Source of the DNA: Lama glama
Lineage: Eukaryota
Direction: 5' to 3'
DNA length: 64,000 nt
Assembly: GCA_028534125.1 (NCBI GenBank)
Contig: CM052816.1
Span: forward strand, 79,982,001 to 80,046,000
The position numbers and the translations under genes are program-made. This document shows positions 1 through 13,381 of the stretch, in pieces (the first letter of the stretch is position 1; each line of letters starts with the position of its first letter). The notes below the pieces were generated by a model, which worked only from the letters and a program-made list of their open reading frames with translations, was not told the origin of the DNA and did no database searches.

Positions 1-19
1 ACTATTAAAAAAATCTGTA

Positions 20-706
20 GGCTAACTGTGAAAAACAGTATGGAAGCTTCTCAAAAAACTAAAAATAGAACCACCATATGACCCAGCAATTCCACTCCTT
101 GGTACCTATCCAAAAAAACAAAAACGAAAATTTAATTAGAAAAGATACAAGCATCCTAATGTTCATAGCAGCATTACTTCCAATTGCTCACATATGGAAG
201 CAACCCAAGTGTCTATCAACAGATGAATGGATTAAGGAGATGTAGTATATACACTTACAACAGAAACTACTCAGACATAAAAAAGAATGAAATTTTGCCA
301 TTTGCAGTAACATGGATAAACATTTGGAGGGTATTATCCTAAGTGAAACAAGTCAGAGAAAAATACTGTATGATTATTCCCTCATTTGCGGAATCTAAAA
401 AACATAACAAACTAGTGAATGTAACAAAAAAGAGCAGACTCACCAACAGAGAACAAATTAATGGTTACCAGCGGGGAGAGGAAAGGGGGATAGGGCAATA
501 TAAGGGTAGAGGATAAAGAGGTACAAATTATTATGTCTAAAATAAGCCTCAAGGATATATTATACAACATGGGGAATATAGACAATACTTTATAACAACT
601 ATAAGTGGAATATAACCTTTAAAAATTGTGAATCACTATATTGTACACCTGTAACTTATATAATATTGTACAGCAACTATACTTCAATAAAAAATTAATT
701 TAAAAA
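20..706 (+). mobile_element. L1 LINE 3' end (ORF2 tail plus 3'UTR, L1MA9-like)
   Basis: Typical L1 motifs ccatatgacccagcaattccactcct, atgttcatagcagcatta, ggaagcaacccaagtgtc, atcctaagtgaaa; ends at aataaa plus A-rich tail. Confidence 0.9.
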
Positions 707-1524
707 TTAGCATAAAGTGGCTAGTGAACAAAATCTGTGGGCTAGACTTAGAGAAAATATAAAGTAAGAAAATAACCATCAAGACATCCAGTTACTTTGG
801 TGACTGTTGATCACTCTGATACTCAGAGTATCCTATCTTTTATTTAATAATCTATCATCGCTATAGAATTTTAGTCAGAAAATCATTTTACTGCTTAGGA
901 CAAAACATCTATTACCTGAGTTTGCTCAACCAGTTACCACATAAAAGAAAACCCAAAGGGTCAGTGTACTGTTTCAGCTTTGCCTTATTTTTAAGAAAGC
1001 TGTATAAAGTGGAAGAAATAAGGCACAAACCGGAAAAGGAGACAACTCCGTCAGCAAGTCCCTAACAAGCCATCTCCTTCCCAGCACAGCGGCACTTTTA
1101 CAGTCAATCTACTGACCTTGCACATGAACTCAACCAACCACCACCGAACAAGCTGGGTCATTTTGTCAGTTCTCCTTCGGCTGCTGGAAGATAAAGGCCC
1201 ATCTTTTCTTTCTCATCCCCTAGCCCTGCGCCTGGAGGAAACTCTTAATCAGGAGTGGAGTAAATTCCATTTAGCAGAAGGGCAAGGTGGGAAAATTAAA
1301 TTGTTATTTTTTGTGTGCGTATTTAATTTGGATATCCAGTCATTTTAAGGCTTTAACATCAGCAAATCTGGTCCTTATTCCAAATTTCCATGATTTTGAA
1401 AAATTAAGCAAAACTCCCAACCTTGCATTTTATTAAAGCTTAGAGGAAGGACAAACACACGTAGTCAGATGAGAAAGTGTAACAAGAAGCGAGATACTGG
1501 GGAGGCAATACATATAATTTTTTA

Positions 1525-2015
1525 AGGGCTCAGACTAACCGTGTTTGAATCTGCACTTTGCCGCTTACACAACAAAGTACTGAATATAACAAACAAACAA
1601 ACAAAAAGAGCAGACTCACAGAGAACAAAGTAGTGGTTACCAGCAGGGAGAGGGAAGGGGGAAGGGGCAAAACAGGGGTAAGGAATAAAGAAGTGCAAAC
1701 TATTATTAGGTATAAAAAAACTATAAGGATATATTGGACAACATGGGGAATATAGCCAATATTTTATAATCATTTTAAATGGAACATAACCTTTAAAAAT
1801 TTTGAATCACTATATTGTACACCTGTAACTTACATAACATTGTACAGCAATTATACTTCAGTTTAAAAAATTAATTAATTAAATGCAATCTTGGGCAAGA
1901 GCTCTCTGCACCTCAGTTTCCACATCTGTAAAATGGGCTGTGAGGGATAAATGAGCTATGTGTAAAAGCACTTAGCAACATGTGAAGCATGTAGTAAATA
2001 CCCGAGAAAATTATT
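1525..2015 (+). mobile_element. MIR SINE split by an L1 insertion
   Basis: 5' part gtttgaatctgcactttgccgcttac; after the L1 comes the core cttgggcaag...cctcagtttccacatctgtaaaatggg and tail aaagcacttagc. Confidence 0.75.
1578..1882 (+). mobile_element. L1 3'UTR fragment, same family as 20-706
   Basis: Aligns by eye to about 410-700 (gagcagactcac, ggttaccagc, caacatggggaatatag, gaatcactatattgtacacctgtaactta). Confidence 0.88.
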
Positions 2016-3018
2016 AGAGCCTCACCAACACAAGGCAAGGCACAGTCCCCGACATGCTGCTTAATAAAGGGATTTGTCTCAAGTGTTCAGAAGAGACAGG
2101 CTAGCAGAAGTTAGGTAAGAACCACCACTGCTTAAGACATGAAGAAAGAAGGAAAGAAAAGAGGAGGAGGAAAGCAAGAAGAAAGCAAGAAAGTTGACGA
2201 CAGCAGCAGATGATAAAAAAAAAACAACAAAAAACCCCCCATCCAACCATCCAAGACCAGCCTTGTCAATTGCTCACACTTGAGCTGCTAACATTCTGGC
2301 ACCTTTCAAGACGTGATAATCCCCAAAGCAGGGTTTGGCAGCAACAAGTCATTAGCATTTAGCCTCTGAATGTGAAAGAGCAGCAGAGCCAACTTGAATA
2401 AGATACTCAAGTGGAAAGTTGGCCTTGGTCGAGTGGGAAAGCAGGATTAGTCACTGACAGGACCTGGGTTTGTAAGTGACAGTGAGTAGGTCCTTTCTTA
2501 TGTAGTGACTGAGAAACGAAGGCATCCTCAGGGCGGCAGTCCAGGTGACTGATGGGTGCTGGTCTGCACTGCAGGTGGGCACCTGTAGTGGGGAGGGGGC
2601 TCAGGCTCAGAGAGCAGACAGCGCCCAAGGTCACCACACAAGTAACTGAAGAGCATGGTTGGTGACTTCTAATGGCCTGTGTCCTGGGGAGCTGGTAAAA
2701 GAACACACCTCCAGATAAAGACAGTTTGCAGATGGGGGTGAGGTGAGCAGGCAAAGCAGTAGGCTGATTAACCACCCCCTCGCCCCAAAACATAAAGATT
2801 ATTTTAACAACGTTAATTCTAGGGCACTGGAACTAACCCAAGTATGGGAAAATTTGGATATTTCTATAGTTGTATTTTTATACACTGTTGTAGCTAAATA
2901 TATTAATTCACTCTTATTTACTATGATACAGACACTGTTCTAAGCACTGAGAAACACATGGCGAGTAAAACAAAGCCCTCCTGGATCTTGGCTTTTAGTA
3001 AGAAGACTAAAGATGAAA

Positions 3019-3266
3019 CAGTGGTTCTCAACTGGGGGTGTTTTGCCCCACCAAGGGGACAGCTGGCAACATCTGGAGACATTTTTGATTATCCACGAGG
3101 TGGAGGTTGAGCAGATTCTACTGGCGTCTGATGTGTAGAGACCAGAGACCGCTAAACATCCTACAATGCACAGGACAGCTCCCCCAACAACAGAAATCCT
3201 CTGATGAGTCGACAATGTCAATAATATCAACATGTCAAAACAGCAATAGTGCCCAGGTTGAGAACT
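3019..3266. mobile_element. MER20-like hAT DNA transposon relic
   Basis: Starts cagtggttctcaactgggg; contains tggcaacatctggagacattttt and gctaaacatcctacaatgcacaggacagc; ends aggttgagaac. Confidence 0.85.
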
Positions 3267-3350
3267 TGAGATAAACCATCAAAAACAAATGCACGACATA
3301 ATTCTATTAAAACAAATTAAAGGCTGAAGAAACAAAGTGAGCAGATTCCA

Positions 3351-4005
3351 ACCTTTTTATTGAGATATATTTTATGGCATGTGAGGTTACCGTTTTCAAA
3401 TGGGTAACTCCGTTGTCTTTAGTATATTCACAAAGTTCTGCAACCACACATCACTAATTCCAGGACATTTCCATTGACTTAAAAAAATCCTCATCCCCAT
3501 TAGTATCCACTCCCCATTCCCATGCCTGCCCTCGGCAATCACTAATTTACCTTCTGTCTCTATGGATTTGCCTATTCTGGACATTTCATCAAGATGGAAT
3601 CATACATACGTGGTCTTCTGTGTCTGGCTTCTTTTATGTGGCATTTATGTGAACAAGGTTCATCCATGTTGTAGGAGGTACCAGGATATCATTCCTGCCA
3701 CTGGGTGAACAGATCACATTTCATCTCTCCGTTCATTGGTTATGGGCACTGGTTTGTTTGTACTTTTTGGCTATTATGAATAATGCTGCTTAAACATTTG
3801 TGGCTGAACGCTTGTGCGCACACCTGTTTTCAATTCTAGTGGGTACAGACCTGGAAGTGAAATTGCCAAGCACTAATGTAAGCATGCTTAATTCTTTAAG
3901 GAAATGCTAAATTCTTTTCTAAAGCTCCTGTTCCATTTTACATGCCCAGCAACAACACGAAGCCTCCAACTTGTCCACATCCTAGCCAAGACTTGTTACT
4001 GTCTG
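3351..4005 (-). mobile_element. L1MB-like LINE 3' fragment
   Basis: ttttattgagatat, tctgtctctatggatttgcctattctggacatttcat, tttttggctattatgaataatgctgct. Confidence 0.85.
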
Positions 4006-4477
4006 GCAAATTTTAATTTAAGAGGTGAGAATTTTAATTACACCTAAATTTCCCACAGAAGAAACATGTAAGTCTTTCTTAATGAACCCTTTGAGGTAGT
4101 TATTTCAGTTAATTATAAGCTGAAAGCTCCCCTCAGAGGAATACAAGCGTGAATGCAAAATAAATTCAGAACATCCTTTGGCTTTGTCTCTTTTTGGGCT
4201 TTTCATTCCAATTAAACAGTGCGGCTTCTCCTTTTAAAGACAAGAAATGTCATTCGAGAGTCTACAGCAATATATTCTAGGAGAGATTCTATGGGCTTGT
4301 TTATATCTCCACTTAGACAGGTCAAGAATTCGGTGGAGGAGGGACGGGTATAAAAACCTTTATCCACGCCTCTACCAGGCCCAGTGACAGGGACTCTTCA
4401 CTGCCCAGGGAAACAGCAAGATGGCTGGATTCTACTGCAGACAAAGAGGCAGCACTTCACCAGCCCAAGTCTCGGAT

Positions 4478-4616
4478 ACTCAGAGTGGTCCAGGGTCCAG
4501 GAGCCCGTGAGAAAGGCAGGCTCTCAGACTCTGCTCCACATCTACTGAATCAGAAGCTGTGTTTTACAAGTTTCCCAGCTGATTCACATGCATGTTAAAG
4601 TTTGAGAAGCACAGCT
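4478..4616. mobile_element. MER5-like hAT relic
   Basis: ctactgaatcagaa...tgattcacatgcatgttaaagtttgagaagcac. Confidence 0.7.
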
Positions 4617-5344
4617 CTAAACACAGGATGAGGTGAGAGCCTCACACTGTCATTTTCACCAAGGTACCTCTTGTTTCAAAGTTCTTCTGCGAACACAGTC
4701 CCCTTAGCCTTGAGAGCAGTCCTGTGGGTGTGCTCCACAAAAAAGGACTCTGCGCTGTTTTAAGTTTCACTATGATGGGAAGTGTTTCTCTTTGCTTATG
4801 AAACTCAGCTGGGCCCTTTCACAGAGGGGTAACTAAAAGGCACCCATACAGCAGCCTGAAGATTTACATCAGGCTCCTTTGATCCCTCTGCTGCTGATGG
4901 AGATTTGGAATTTCTCTGCTTTTATCGCTTGGAAAGTTCCCAAGGTTTCTGTGATTAAGTTTTGTGGCTCCCAAACTCCCCTCCCCCTTTCTTATTCCCC
5001 CTCCTCTTCCCTCCATCCCTCCCCTGCCCTCCTCCTCCCTCTCTTTGTGCCCTGCCCTCCAGCCCCTAAGAAAAGACCAACTCAGTGAGGGTCCCCAGAC
5101 AGTAGCAGGGAAGCAGCCTGAAGGCGCAGAGGAAGAACCCGCATAAAGAGAGCAGGGAGCCCGGGAGGCCAGGGTACCACAGCTGGGTTTGCTGCCTTGC
5201 TGCTGTTCCATCCTGGCTGGGGTGCTTAACTTCACTTCCCTCACCTCTAAACCAAGTTTGGGCAACTAAAAAACATCCACATCCTTCAAATGCCAGCTTT
5301 ATCTGCTGAAACACAACGCACCAGATATGTTTCAATTCATTACG

Positions 5345-5520
5345 TCCCCCAGCCAGCCTCTGGGAGGGGTCATTAGTATCAACCCCATGTTACAGCGGAG
5401 AAAGCGGAGGCACAGAGAAGTTGAAATAAGCCTGCCCAAAGTCCCAGAACTATTAAGCAGGGGAGCCTGGATTCTGACCGAGGCTTTCTGCCTGCAGAGT
5501 TGACACTTCACCACCGCGCT
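5345..5520 (-). mobile_element. MIR SINE
   Basis: ccccatgttacagcggagaaagcggaggcacagagaagttgaaataagcctgcccaaagtc. Confidence 0.8.
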
Positions 5521-6599
5521 GAGAAATTGCACCGTTTGTTAAAATCACTCTGCAAAGTGTGGAACGCTGTATAATATAAGGTACTGGCTGTGCCGCTTTT
5601 TAAGAAATAAAGTTTACACTAAAAGAATGGAAGTATTTGGCCAAAAAGCAAATACAGGCTTCTCACAGGGGCAGATTAGGGTTGCCAGTGGTCTCAAGCG
5701 GAGAGGAATGCAATCTGAGCAGGAAAGCAAACGGAGCCTACAACAGAGGTTTCATTCCCTACCAAACCGCTCAGCGAAGTTGTGCAAACCTTCCCTTGGG
5801 ACAAGGTCAGGATATTACTCAAGGCTGTCAACCCTACGGGCATTTGAACTGTTGCTGTTCAAAAGCCCATGAGTGATGGCCTGGAAAGTTCTCCAATCTT
5901 TCGAAGTAATAACAAACACAATTCTTCTGGTTTCTGATTGCCAGCTGAAATATACATAGGGAGGAAATACAAACTCACAAGGCTACTTTAAGAAGCTTGG
6001 ATTTTTGAGGTGTATTCATTCATAGAAACCTTCACTCAAACCAAACTTTCTTGCGCCTTCATGAGCATCCCAGGTCCTGACACCAACAGCCTCGTGGGGT
6101 CAGGATGCGACAGGGTGGCTATCAACTCTCCAGTCCCTTCCATTGCCCCTGCAACCAATTTCCACCCCCCCAAATCAAGCAAGCCACAGAGAGAAGACTG
6201 TCCATCAAATCCTACAGGCAGTAGAGTTTTAGAAGGTTCCAGAAGGATAAACTGGCCTAACATCCTCCTTTCACAGATGAAGACACTGAGGCCCAGAGAG
6301 GTCAGGAAATGTGTAAAACATCAGGACTTGAATTCACTGCCCTGGCTCTAAGAGTAGTTCCTCCCGGCTAAACCCACCTCTCCCTTCTTTCCTCTTAAAG
6401 CCCTTTACTTCCAAGAGAGGGGTCACGATGGACTGAGAGACTCAAATACTTCCTGATAATAACCAGCTTCAGCATTTCCCAGACACCTAACACCGCCTAT
6501 GCTTTAACTGCATTCCTTTTGTAAGCCTCTTTCTGGAGGAGGGGGAAATGACACTAAATCATATTAAGACAAATCAGGGAAATTAAGTATTTATTATTA

Positions 6600-7005
6600 G
6601 GATTGAATCCAAAATCCTTCCCATGCCCTCCAGGCTCTACATGAGGATGTCCTGGCTCCCGTTCTGACCTCAGCTTCTAGCTCTTCCCAGTTCACTGAGC
6701 ACATCAGGGACCCTTCCACCTTGGGGCACCTGCCCCGCTGGTCCCTCCACCAGGACAGCAGTTCAAGAAAAGTGCGCAGCTCGACCCCTCAATTCCATTC
6801 AAGAATCTGCTCACCTAAAGGGCGCTGCTCAGAGAGGCCTTTCTTTCCTAGGTTCATTCAAAGTGGCCCCTGGCTTTTTCATTTTCTTCAGTGCACCTGA
6901 TGTTACATTAGAGAGGTATGTGGTTATTGTCCGTCTGTCCACTAGGCTATACCTTCCATGAGGGCAGAGACCTTGTCTTGCCTACTGCAAGTTTCCTAGG
7001 ACACA
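6600..7005 (+). mobile_element. L2 LINE 3' fragment
   Basis: aatccaaaatccttccc, cagagaggccttt, ccttccatgagggcagagaccttgtcttg. Confidence 0.65.
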
Positions 7006-7220
7006 CAACTGAATTTTTTTTTTTTGGATAATGCAAATCTTTAGTTTTGAATTTGTTCTTTTCACCTGAAGTTTCTATTTTGAGTTTCCATAAACTGGGA
7101 CATGCCCACCAACTGGCAATAACCAGGCTTTTCTCAGGTTGTAATGTAAGTTCTTAAGAGAGACACTGGGGCCTCTTTGTTATTTATAGGTTTGATTTCG
7201 CTTCCCAGCATCATGTCATT

Positions 7221-7388
7221 CAGTGGTTCTCAAAGTTTGGTCCCCAGACCACCAGCAGCAGCAGCAGCAGAGCTGGTAAGAAATGCAGACTCAAGATCCT
7301 GCCAAGACTCAGGGAAGGAGCCCAGCAATCTGCGTCTTAACAAGCCTCCTACGTGATTCTGATGCATGTCCAATTTTTAGGACCACTG
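7221..7388. mobile_element. MER5A-like hAT relic
   Basis: Imperfect terminal inverted repeats cagtggttctcaaa ... tttaggaccactg; internal aagaaatgcagactc and ttaacaagcc. Confidence 0.85.
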
Positions 7389-10159
7389 GCAGTAGTAGGA
7401 AGAAGCACGATCTCTAAGTCAGTATTCTTTGGTTTTGGTTAACTCCGCCATCCCCAAGGATGGGACAATAAAGTCACTCACATCCATTGGCCTTCATCTG
7501 GTCCATACGATCACTGATGCCTTGTTCAGCCCTAAACATCTATGATTCCAACCCAGCCTATCAGTGGTTTCATGGCACTCATCTGCTGCAACATCTAAAT
7601 TCTAACGAGGCCACGAAGCTCAAATGAGGCTCAGCCACAATGAGTATTTCAGCGGGGCAATCCTTAATCCAAAAAGATCTAGATTCCCATTTCAGATTAT
7701 CACCTGAGGGTAGGGAAGGCATCATTGTCTAGTTCTAGTCAAAAAAGCCTTGAAAAACTGAATTCTGCTTTACCAGCAGGGATGAGCTCCCTGCGCCCAG
7801 GAGAAACTGCCTCAGGTAGGGTAGTGCCGCCTGGCTTTCAGCTATTTCAAAGGCAGCTGCAACAGGGTCTCTGATCATGCTTCTATTAGGAGCTGAGGTG
7901 GCAGTCTGAGAAATGGAAACACTGGTTGCCTTCTCCTGCTCAACTTTCTAGGTAGATATAATTAAAGATGACCAGCATAAAAGAAAGACTTAAAAACAGG
8001 ATTACTGTCCTTTAAGTGCCCACAATGTGCTAATGGAATCAGCCGTGTTCCTTCTGGGGACAGAGACCTCCTGGGGATGGGAGGGAGGAAACGCCAAGAA
8101 GAAAGATCGCATGCTCAGAGCTACGAAGCCCCGTGGCATGTAAGCTGAGCATCCACTCTTGTCTTTCAGGATGGTTTGGTTTCACAAATGCAGTGTGGAT
8201 GGAGCACTTGGCGTTATAAGATCTCCTTTAGGGCAAATGACTGGTCTCTGATATTTACGATAGACCCCCAGATTCTAGTACCTAGAGCCTAGAACAGCTG
8301 AACCTTCCTGACCCACACTTCCCTCTTCACGAACTACTCCAGGGTGATTGACAGCACCAGATGAGAAAGACCTGGAGGAAACAGACACAGTCTTTAAAAT
8401 GGGTGGGAAAATGAACTATCTGTTGAATGAATAACACACGTGAAAGCCCCAGCCCAGTGCTGGGCAGGCACTCAACAGAACGTGATTAATAACAATTCCT
8501 TTCTTATTTAATTGGGTAAGATTGAGCCCTAACTCCTAATAGTCTGAAAAAAGGGATAAGTACATAGGTAACCAAGACCCATGAAATCCTAAGTGGTTAA
8601 AGAGAGGCAGTGGTGAGAGCAAGCTCACCCACTTCGGAAATTAGAAAAGGCTTCATTAACTGGGCCTTGCATGACCCCCAAAACTCGGCAGCATGAGAGG
8701 TGGTAGTGGCATTTGAGAAGGTGTGAATTTCAGGGATGCAGGAAAGGAAGCAGAATGTTTTGAAGGGACAGACACGTGTTGAGTGATCTAAGGGGCCTCA
8801 GCCCTTGAACTGTCGGGCTGCTGCCAGCGTGAGAACCTTCCGCCCCAGGTGCCCCCTGTCGTGGGGTTAGGCTGGGTGGAGGTCACTGCCCGTGTGTGTG
8901 CTGACAGCCACGCCCATCCGCCCCTGTCCTCTCTCCGTCACAGTGAGGTCCATTTCCCAGGCTCTCCTGACCTCTGCGTGTGGGGGCAGGTCCAGCAGGT
9001 CTGGCCGGTGGAGGGCCTGGCCAGAGGCCCAGAGGGTGGGACAAAGCCAGACTGCTTCAACCCTGAGCAGCAAGAAGCGGTCTGAGTTTCTAAAATCCCT
9101 CCTTTGCAATATACTTAATTAAGCTTTGCAAACAGTTTTAAAATGAAAAAGCCTGTGAGCCCACCAATATTTTTTATCAATGTGGTTCTCTATCCCCAAA
9201 TCTCTTCTCATCAATGTGCACTACTTCCCTGGCTCCAAGTCTTCCTCGTAAAGCACAGTTTTGCAACAGGATCTGTTGAGCTTTAACCTACAACGCTATT
9301 TCCCCTTTAAGAAAATGCTCGTGCACAAGCATTAGATGTACACATATGTACATGCACGTGTGCTAGAAAAAAACCCACCTGACTCCATGGGCCTTCCTCG
9401 GCCCGTATGTAGCCTGTCATGGGGTAAACTCTGCCAGGAAGCTTGCAGCTAAGAAACCTGGGGTCTCACTGTGCAGTGTCCAGTGCCGTGATTCTTGGTT
9501 TGGGCTGAATATTCAAATCACCTGGGTGTTTTAAACAGCCCCATGCCCAGACTGCACCCCATACCAACTAAACAGGTACCTCTGAGGGTGACACCCAGCA
9601 CTTGGCAAAGCTGTCCGGGTGATTCGAAAGGGAGTTAAGTTGCAAACCACTAATCTAGCATCCAGCAGGCCCCTGAACCTGAACTGCTATGATGAGCTCT
9701 GGAGGAAGGAAAGGAAACAACAACCAGTGTCGTTTCTTCTTCTCAGTTTGGGATGGCCTCCATCCACACTGTTACGAACACCCACTCTGTCCTCCGCTGC
9801 CCGTTCCCCGCCCAAATCCTCCCCTCCATTCTTTCAGGCCTAGCTGACAGAACACCTCAAGCAGGAAGCATTCCTTTGCTACTCCAGTGCTTTCCCATCT
9901 CTTCCCACCTTGAACCCCTTACAGTTAGTACTTTATGATTTAACAATTGTTCTCCAGTACTTCCACTGGTCTTGTCTTCTTGGCCAGATGCTATGCATCT
10001 TGTAGGTGAGGACCGTATCTTCTTCTTTTATATGTGCTTACGATAGAGTCTGGAACATTTTAGACACAAGGAGTACCTCCTGACTAGAAGCAAACATTTG
10101 GGCACATTTACAAGGTAGGAACAGATGTGACATCACCTTCAAAAATCTACCTGACCAGT

Positions 10160-10310
10160 GGGGAAGGGTATAGCTCCACGGTAGAGTGCACGCCTAGCAT
10201 GCATGAGGTCCTGGGTTCAATCTCCCTTACCTCCATTAAATAAAGTAAAGAAATAAATAGATAGATAGATAAAGCTGATTACCTCCCTTTCTCCAAACAA
10301 AACAAAAAAG
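10160..10310 (+). mobile_element. tRNA-derived SINE, camelid vic-1 type, with 11-bp TSD
   Basis: ggggaagggtatagctc...gtagag (A box), gggttcaatc (B box), A-rich tail; flanked by ctacctgacca at 10147-10157 and 10313-10323. Confidence 0.85.
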
Positions 10311-13054
10311 ACCTACCTGACCAAAAGCAGAACAGATACGCATTACAGCAATTATATTCTTCAATTTATCCCTCCACCAAACTAACAGGCTTTAGACAAG
10401 ACATAGGGAGATTTTGCCTGGAAGGGGATTTTGCTGGCAAGAAGGCTGTAATTATGCATAAAGCATATAGCAGTTTTAGGTAAATGAGTTTGGCAGCCAA
10501 GCGTGAGAGGGACTGGAGGAAGGCAGCCAGGTGGTATGATTTGAGTTCCAAGAGTGAACCGCTTCATCCCTATTCCGAGAAAACAGGAAGAGACAGGATG
10601 CAACAAGCCACCAGGCAGGGAAGTCCCTTCTCATACTGACTTGCAGAATTCAAGGACCACTGCCACCATCTTATATGTAAGCTCCACCGAGTCATCTAAA
10701 AATACTCGCACAAGTTCTTTTCAAAGCCAAAAAGATCAGGTTTCTGAAACGTGGGTTATGGATGCAGACAATATACACATACATCCACACATGCCTGGGT
10801 GGTATTTCTTCAAATACGAAAGCCCCAGCCGTGATTTTATTTAGTCTGGTTGTTCCTAAAACAAACACACATAACTTTAATTAAATGCACATCCAACCGT
10901 AGGGGAAACCATCTTGAAACAATTAGACTGTTCCATGGTGAGAGGTTTCGGGGTGGCAGCACCCTCCCTCTTCCTCACCTCCGTCTCGGAAAGAGAACAG
11001 ACGGGCTGGGGGAGGCCAGGCTTGACTCCATAAACACAGCCTGCAGCTAGAACTCTCTGCCCTGCTCTATTTCGTTCTCTTGTGACCCTAGATGCCACCC
11101 TTCTTTTACCCTTTCCTAAATGAATTCCAGTCATTCCATTGCTTTCACTTTTTTAACTCTTCTTTGATCAGCTTTAGAGGGAGGAGATTTTCCGACAAGG
11201 TTCTTATCTCTCCCTGAAGGAATCATTCCCAGGAGAAACTGAAAAGCCTGAAGAGCTACCAAACCACCCATCTGGTTATTGACCTTGGGTTATGGAGGCT
11301 CTGGAGAATGTCTGCCGAGATGGCTGCCTCATTCTTGGGATGTTCTGGGTTGTCTGGTTCTCTAGGTAAGAAGGCTGAGTATTTCTCTACTTAAATTGCA
11401 CGAGAAGCTAGGAGAGACAAGTGTTGTGATGTTTACCAGGATAGCCTTTTCCCCCTTGAACCTCAAGTTAATCCACCCCTAATTACTTTACCCATGAAGT
11501 ATTACCAGCAACGAGAGTGTGCTTTCCCCATGAGTACCACGCTGAAAAGTCACTTTCAGATACCAGCCAAATGCCCCCCGATGCCTGGAACAGGGGGAGA
11601 GACCAACAAAGCCACCAAAATCAGAGGACCCCTTTCCTCAGGGAGCTTCTGTGTTGTGAAGGATTCAAGTCTTTCAGAAGACAAAGATCCCACTTAAGCT
11701 GCAGAGATTTTTCTGTGTTGTAACAACATCAAGTTCTAAGTCAAGATTCTAGTACTTCAAAGAGAAGCGAAATTAAAAAAGAAAGGATTGGGATATCAGG
11801 GAGGAAGGCATTCTGGACCACAGAACCTGGGGCAAACATGTGGATGGTCTTATGGGGGTGGGGGTGGGGGGCAGACAGTGCAACCTCCAGCAGAAGGGAG
11901 TGTGACTTACAGTTAGCTAAGTAAGGGCTGGGCCACCGAAAGGCCCTTGAAAGCCAAAATCAGGACTCCAGGCTGTCAGGCAATAGGAAAACACTGTGCA
12001 TCACTGAGCACAATGACAAAAGTGGGTTATCATAAAAGCTCGCTGGAAAAGAGGCCTCCAGATTAATTTTGATATGGAGGTGCATATAAATCAAAGGGTA
12101 AACCCTAATGAGCAGGGCAGAGAATGAGACCAAGTGCTCCCAAGGATTTTTCAAGTGTGTGAGCTTGTGTTACCCTTTGGAGATAAATGCAAAGCATTAC
12201 CTACACCCCCACGAACAAATGCTGACCCTGCAAGCTCCACGGGGCTGGAGGCACCAAGAGCTCCAGCAGGAAGGACACCCTGCACTGGTCTGTTATGAAT
12301 TCAGAATTGCTCCTTGGGAGTTCCCCGTTCACATGCTCCCAAACCAAATGCACGTGGAAGGAGCAGGAACAAGAAAAGCCAAGTGTCCACAGCTCGAGGG
12401 AGACACATACACACTCAGGCAGAAAGGCACAAATCAGGCTCACCCAATTCAGAAGTGCAGACTTCCAAGGTAGGCAGGCTGACGCCAAGGGACCAGTGCT
12501 GCTCGGGGCTCACTGTTACAACAGAAACACCTGGTCCTGCAGAATTACATGGTACCAAGGGGACAGGAGAGACAGTTTCCAACCCCACAGCGTCCCACCT
12601 CAATTTCAAGACAAAGACCATTAGATTTGAAGGCATATACAAAGCCAGACACATTTAATTCTATGGTGCCTCTGACAATTAAATTCTTAGAGTGATCAGT
12701 TAATAACTTCAGACATCAACAAGAATAGTCCAGGCGGCAAAGTTAAATGTCAGCAGATGATTCCTTACGGAAAATCTTGCACTGAAAGAAGAATTACCTC
12801 CTCTCTTCCTTTCCCATATAGTTCCTCCAACATTCTACCTAAGAGTCACTGAAGGGGAAGACGGTAGACTTGCGAGCGCAGAGGTAGAGGTGTTAGAAAT
12901 GGTTCTCGAGATAATTCAGGGAGAGCTGTATATCATGTGAGTCTTAGTTTTATCATCTTCCAAATGGAGGGAGTGGGTTGTTCTTGTTTTTTTTTTTTTA
13001 TTAATAACTGCTGGGTGCATTTCTACAGGATAGAATGATTCAGGCTACAGTAAG

Positions 13055-13381
13055 GATGAACCTGCAAAACATTACACTAAGTGAAAGAAGCCAGAGACAA
13101 AGAGCCCCAGATAGTATGATTCTATGCACGTGAAACATCCAGAATAGGCAAATTCAGAGACAGAAAGCAGATTAGTGACTGCGAGGGAGAGTGGGAGGGG
13201 AAGGTGAGGAGTGTCTCTTTTTAAAGGGTACGGGTTTCCTCTTGGGGATGATGAAAAATTTCTAGAAGGAGATGACGACAATGGTTGCACAACATCATGA
13301 ATGTACTTACTGCCACTGAAATGTACATGTTAAAATGGTTCAAATGGTCAATTGTATATGTGTATTTTACAATTGAAAAAG
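13055..13381 (+). mobile_element. L1MB-like LINE 3' fragment
   Basis: ctaagtgaaagaagccag, ccagaataggcaaattcagagacagaaagcagattagtg, ggttgcacaacat. Confidence 0.85.

Noticed and set aside
11854..11871. G-quadruplex motif gggggtgggggtgggggg
   Set aside because: Only three clear G runs; common simple repeat.
12108..12658. Cluster of overlapping 80-120 aa ORFs
   Set aside because: Open on both strands and in several frames, with no homology I recognise.
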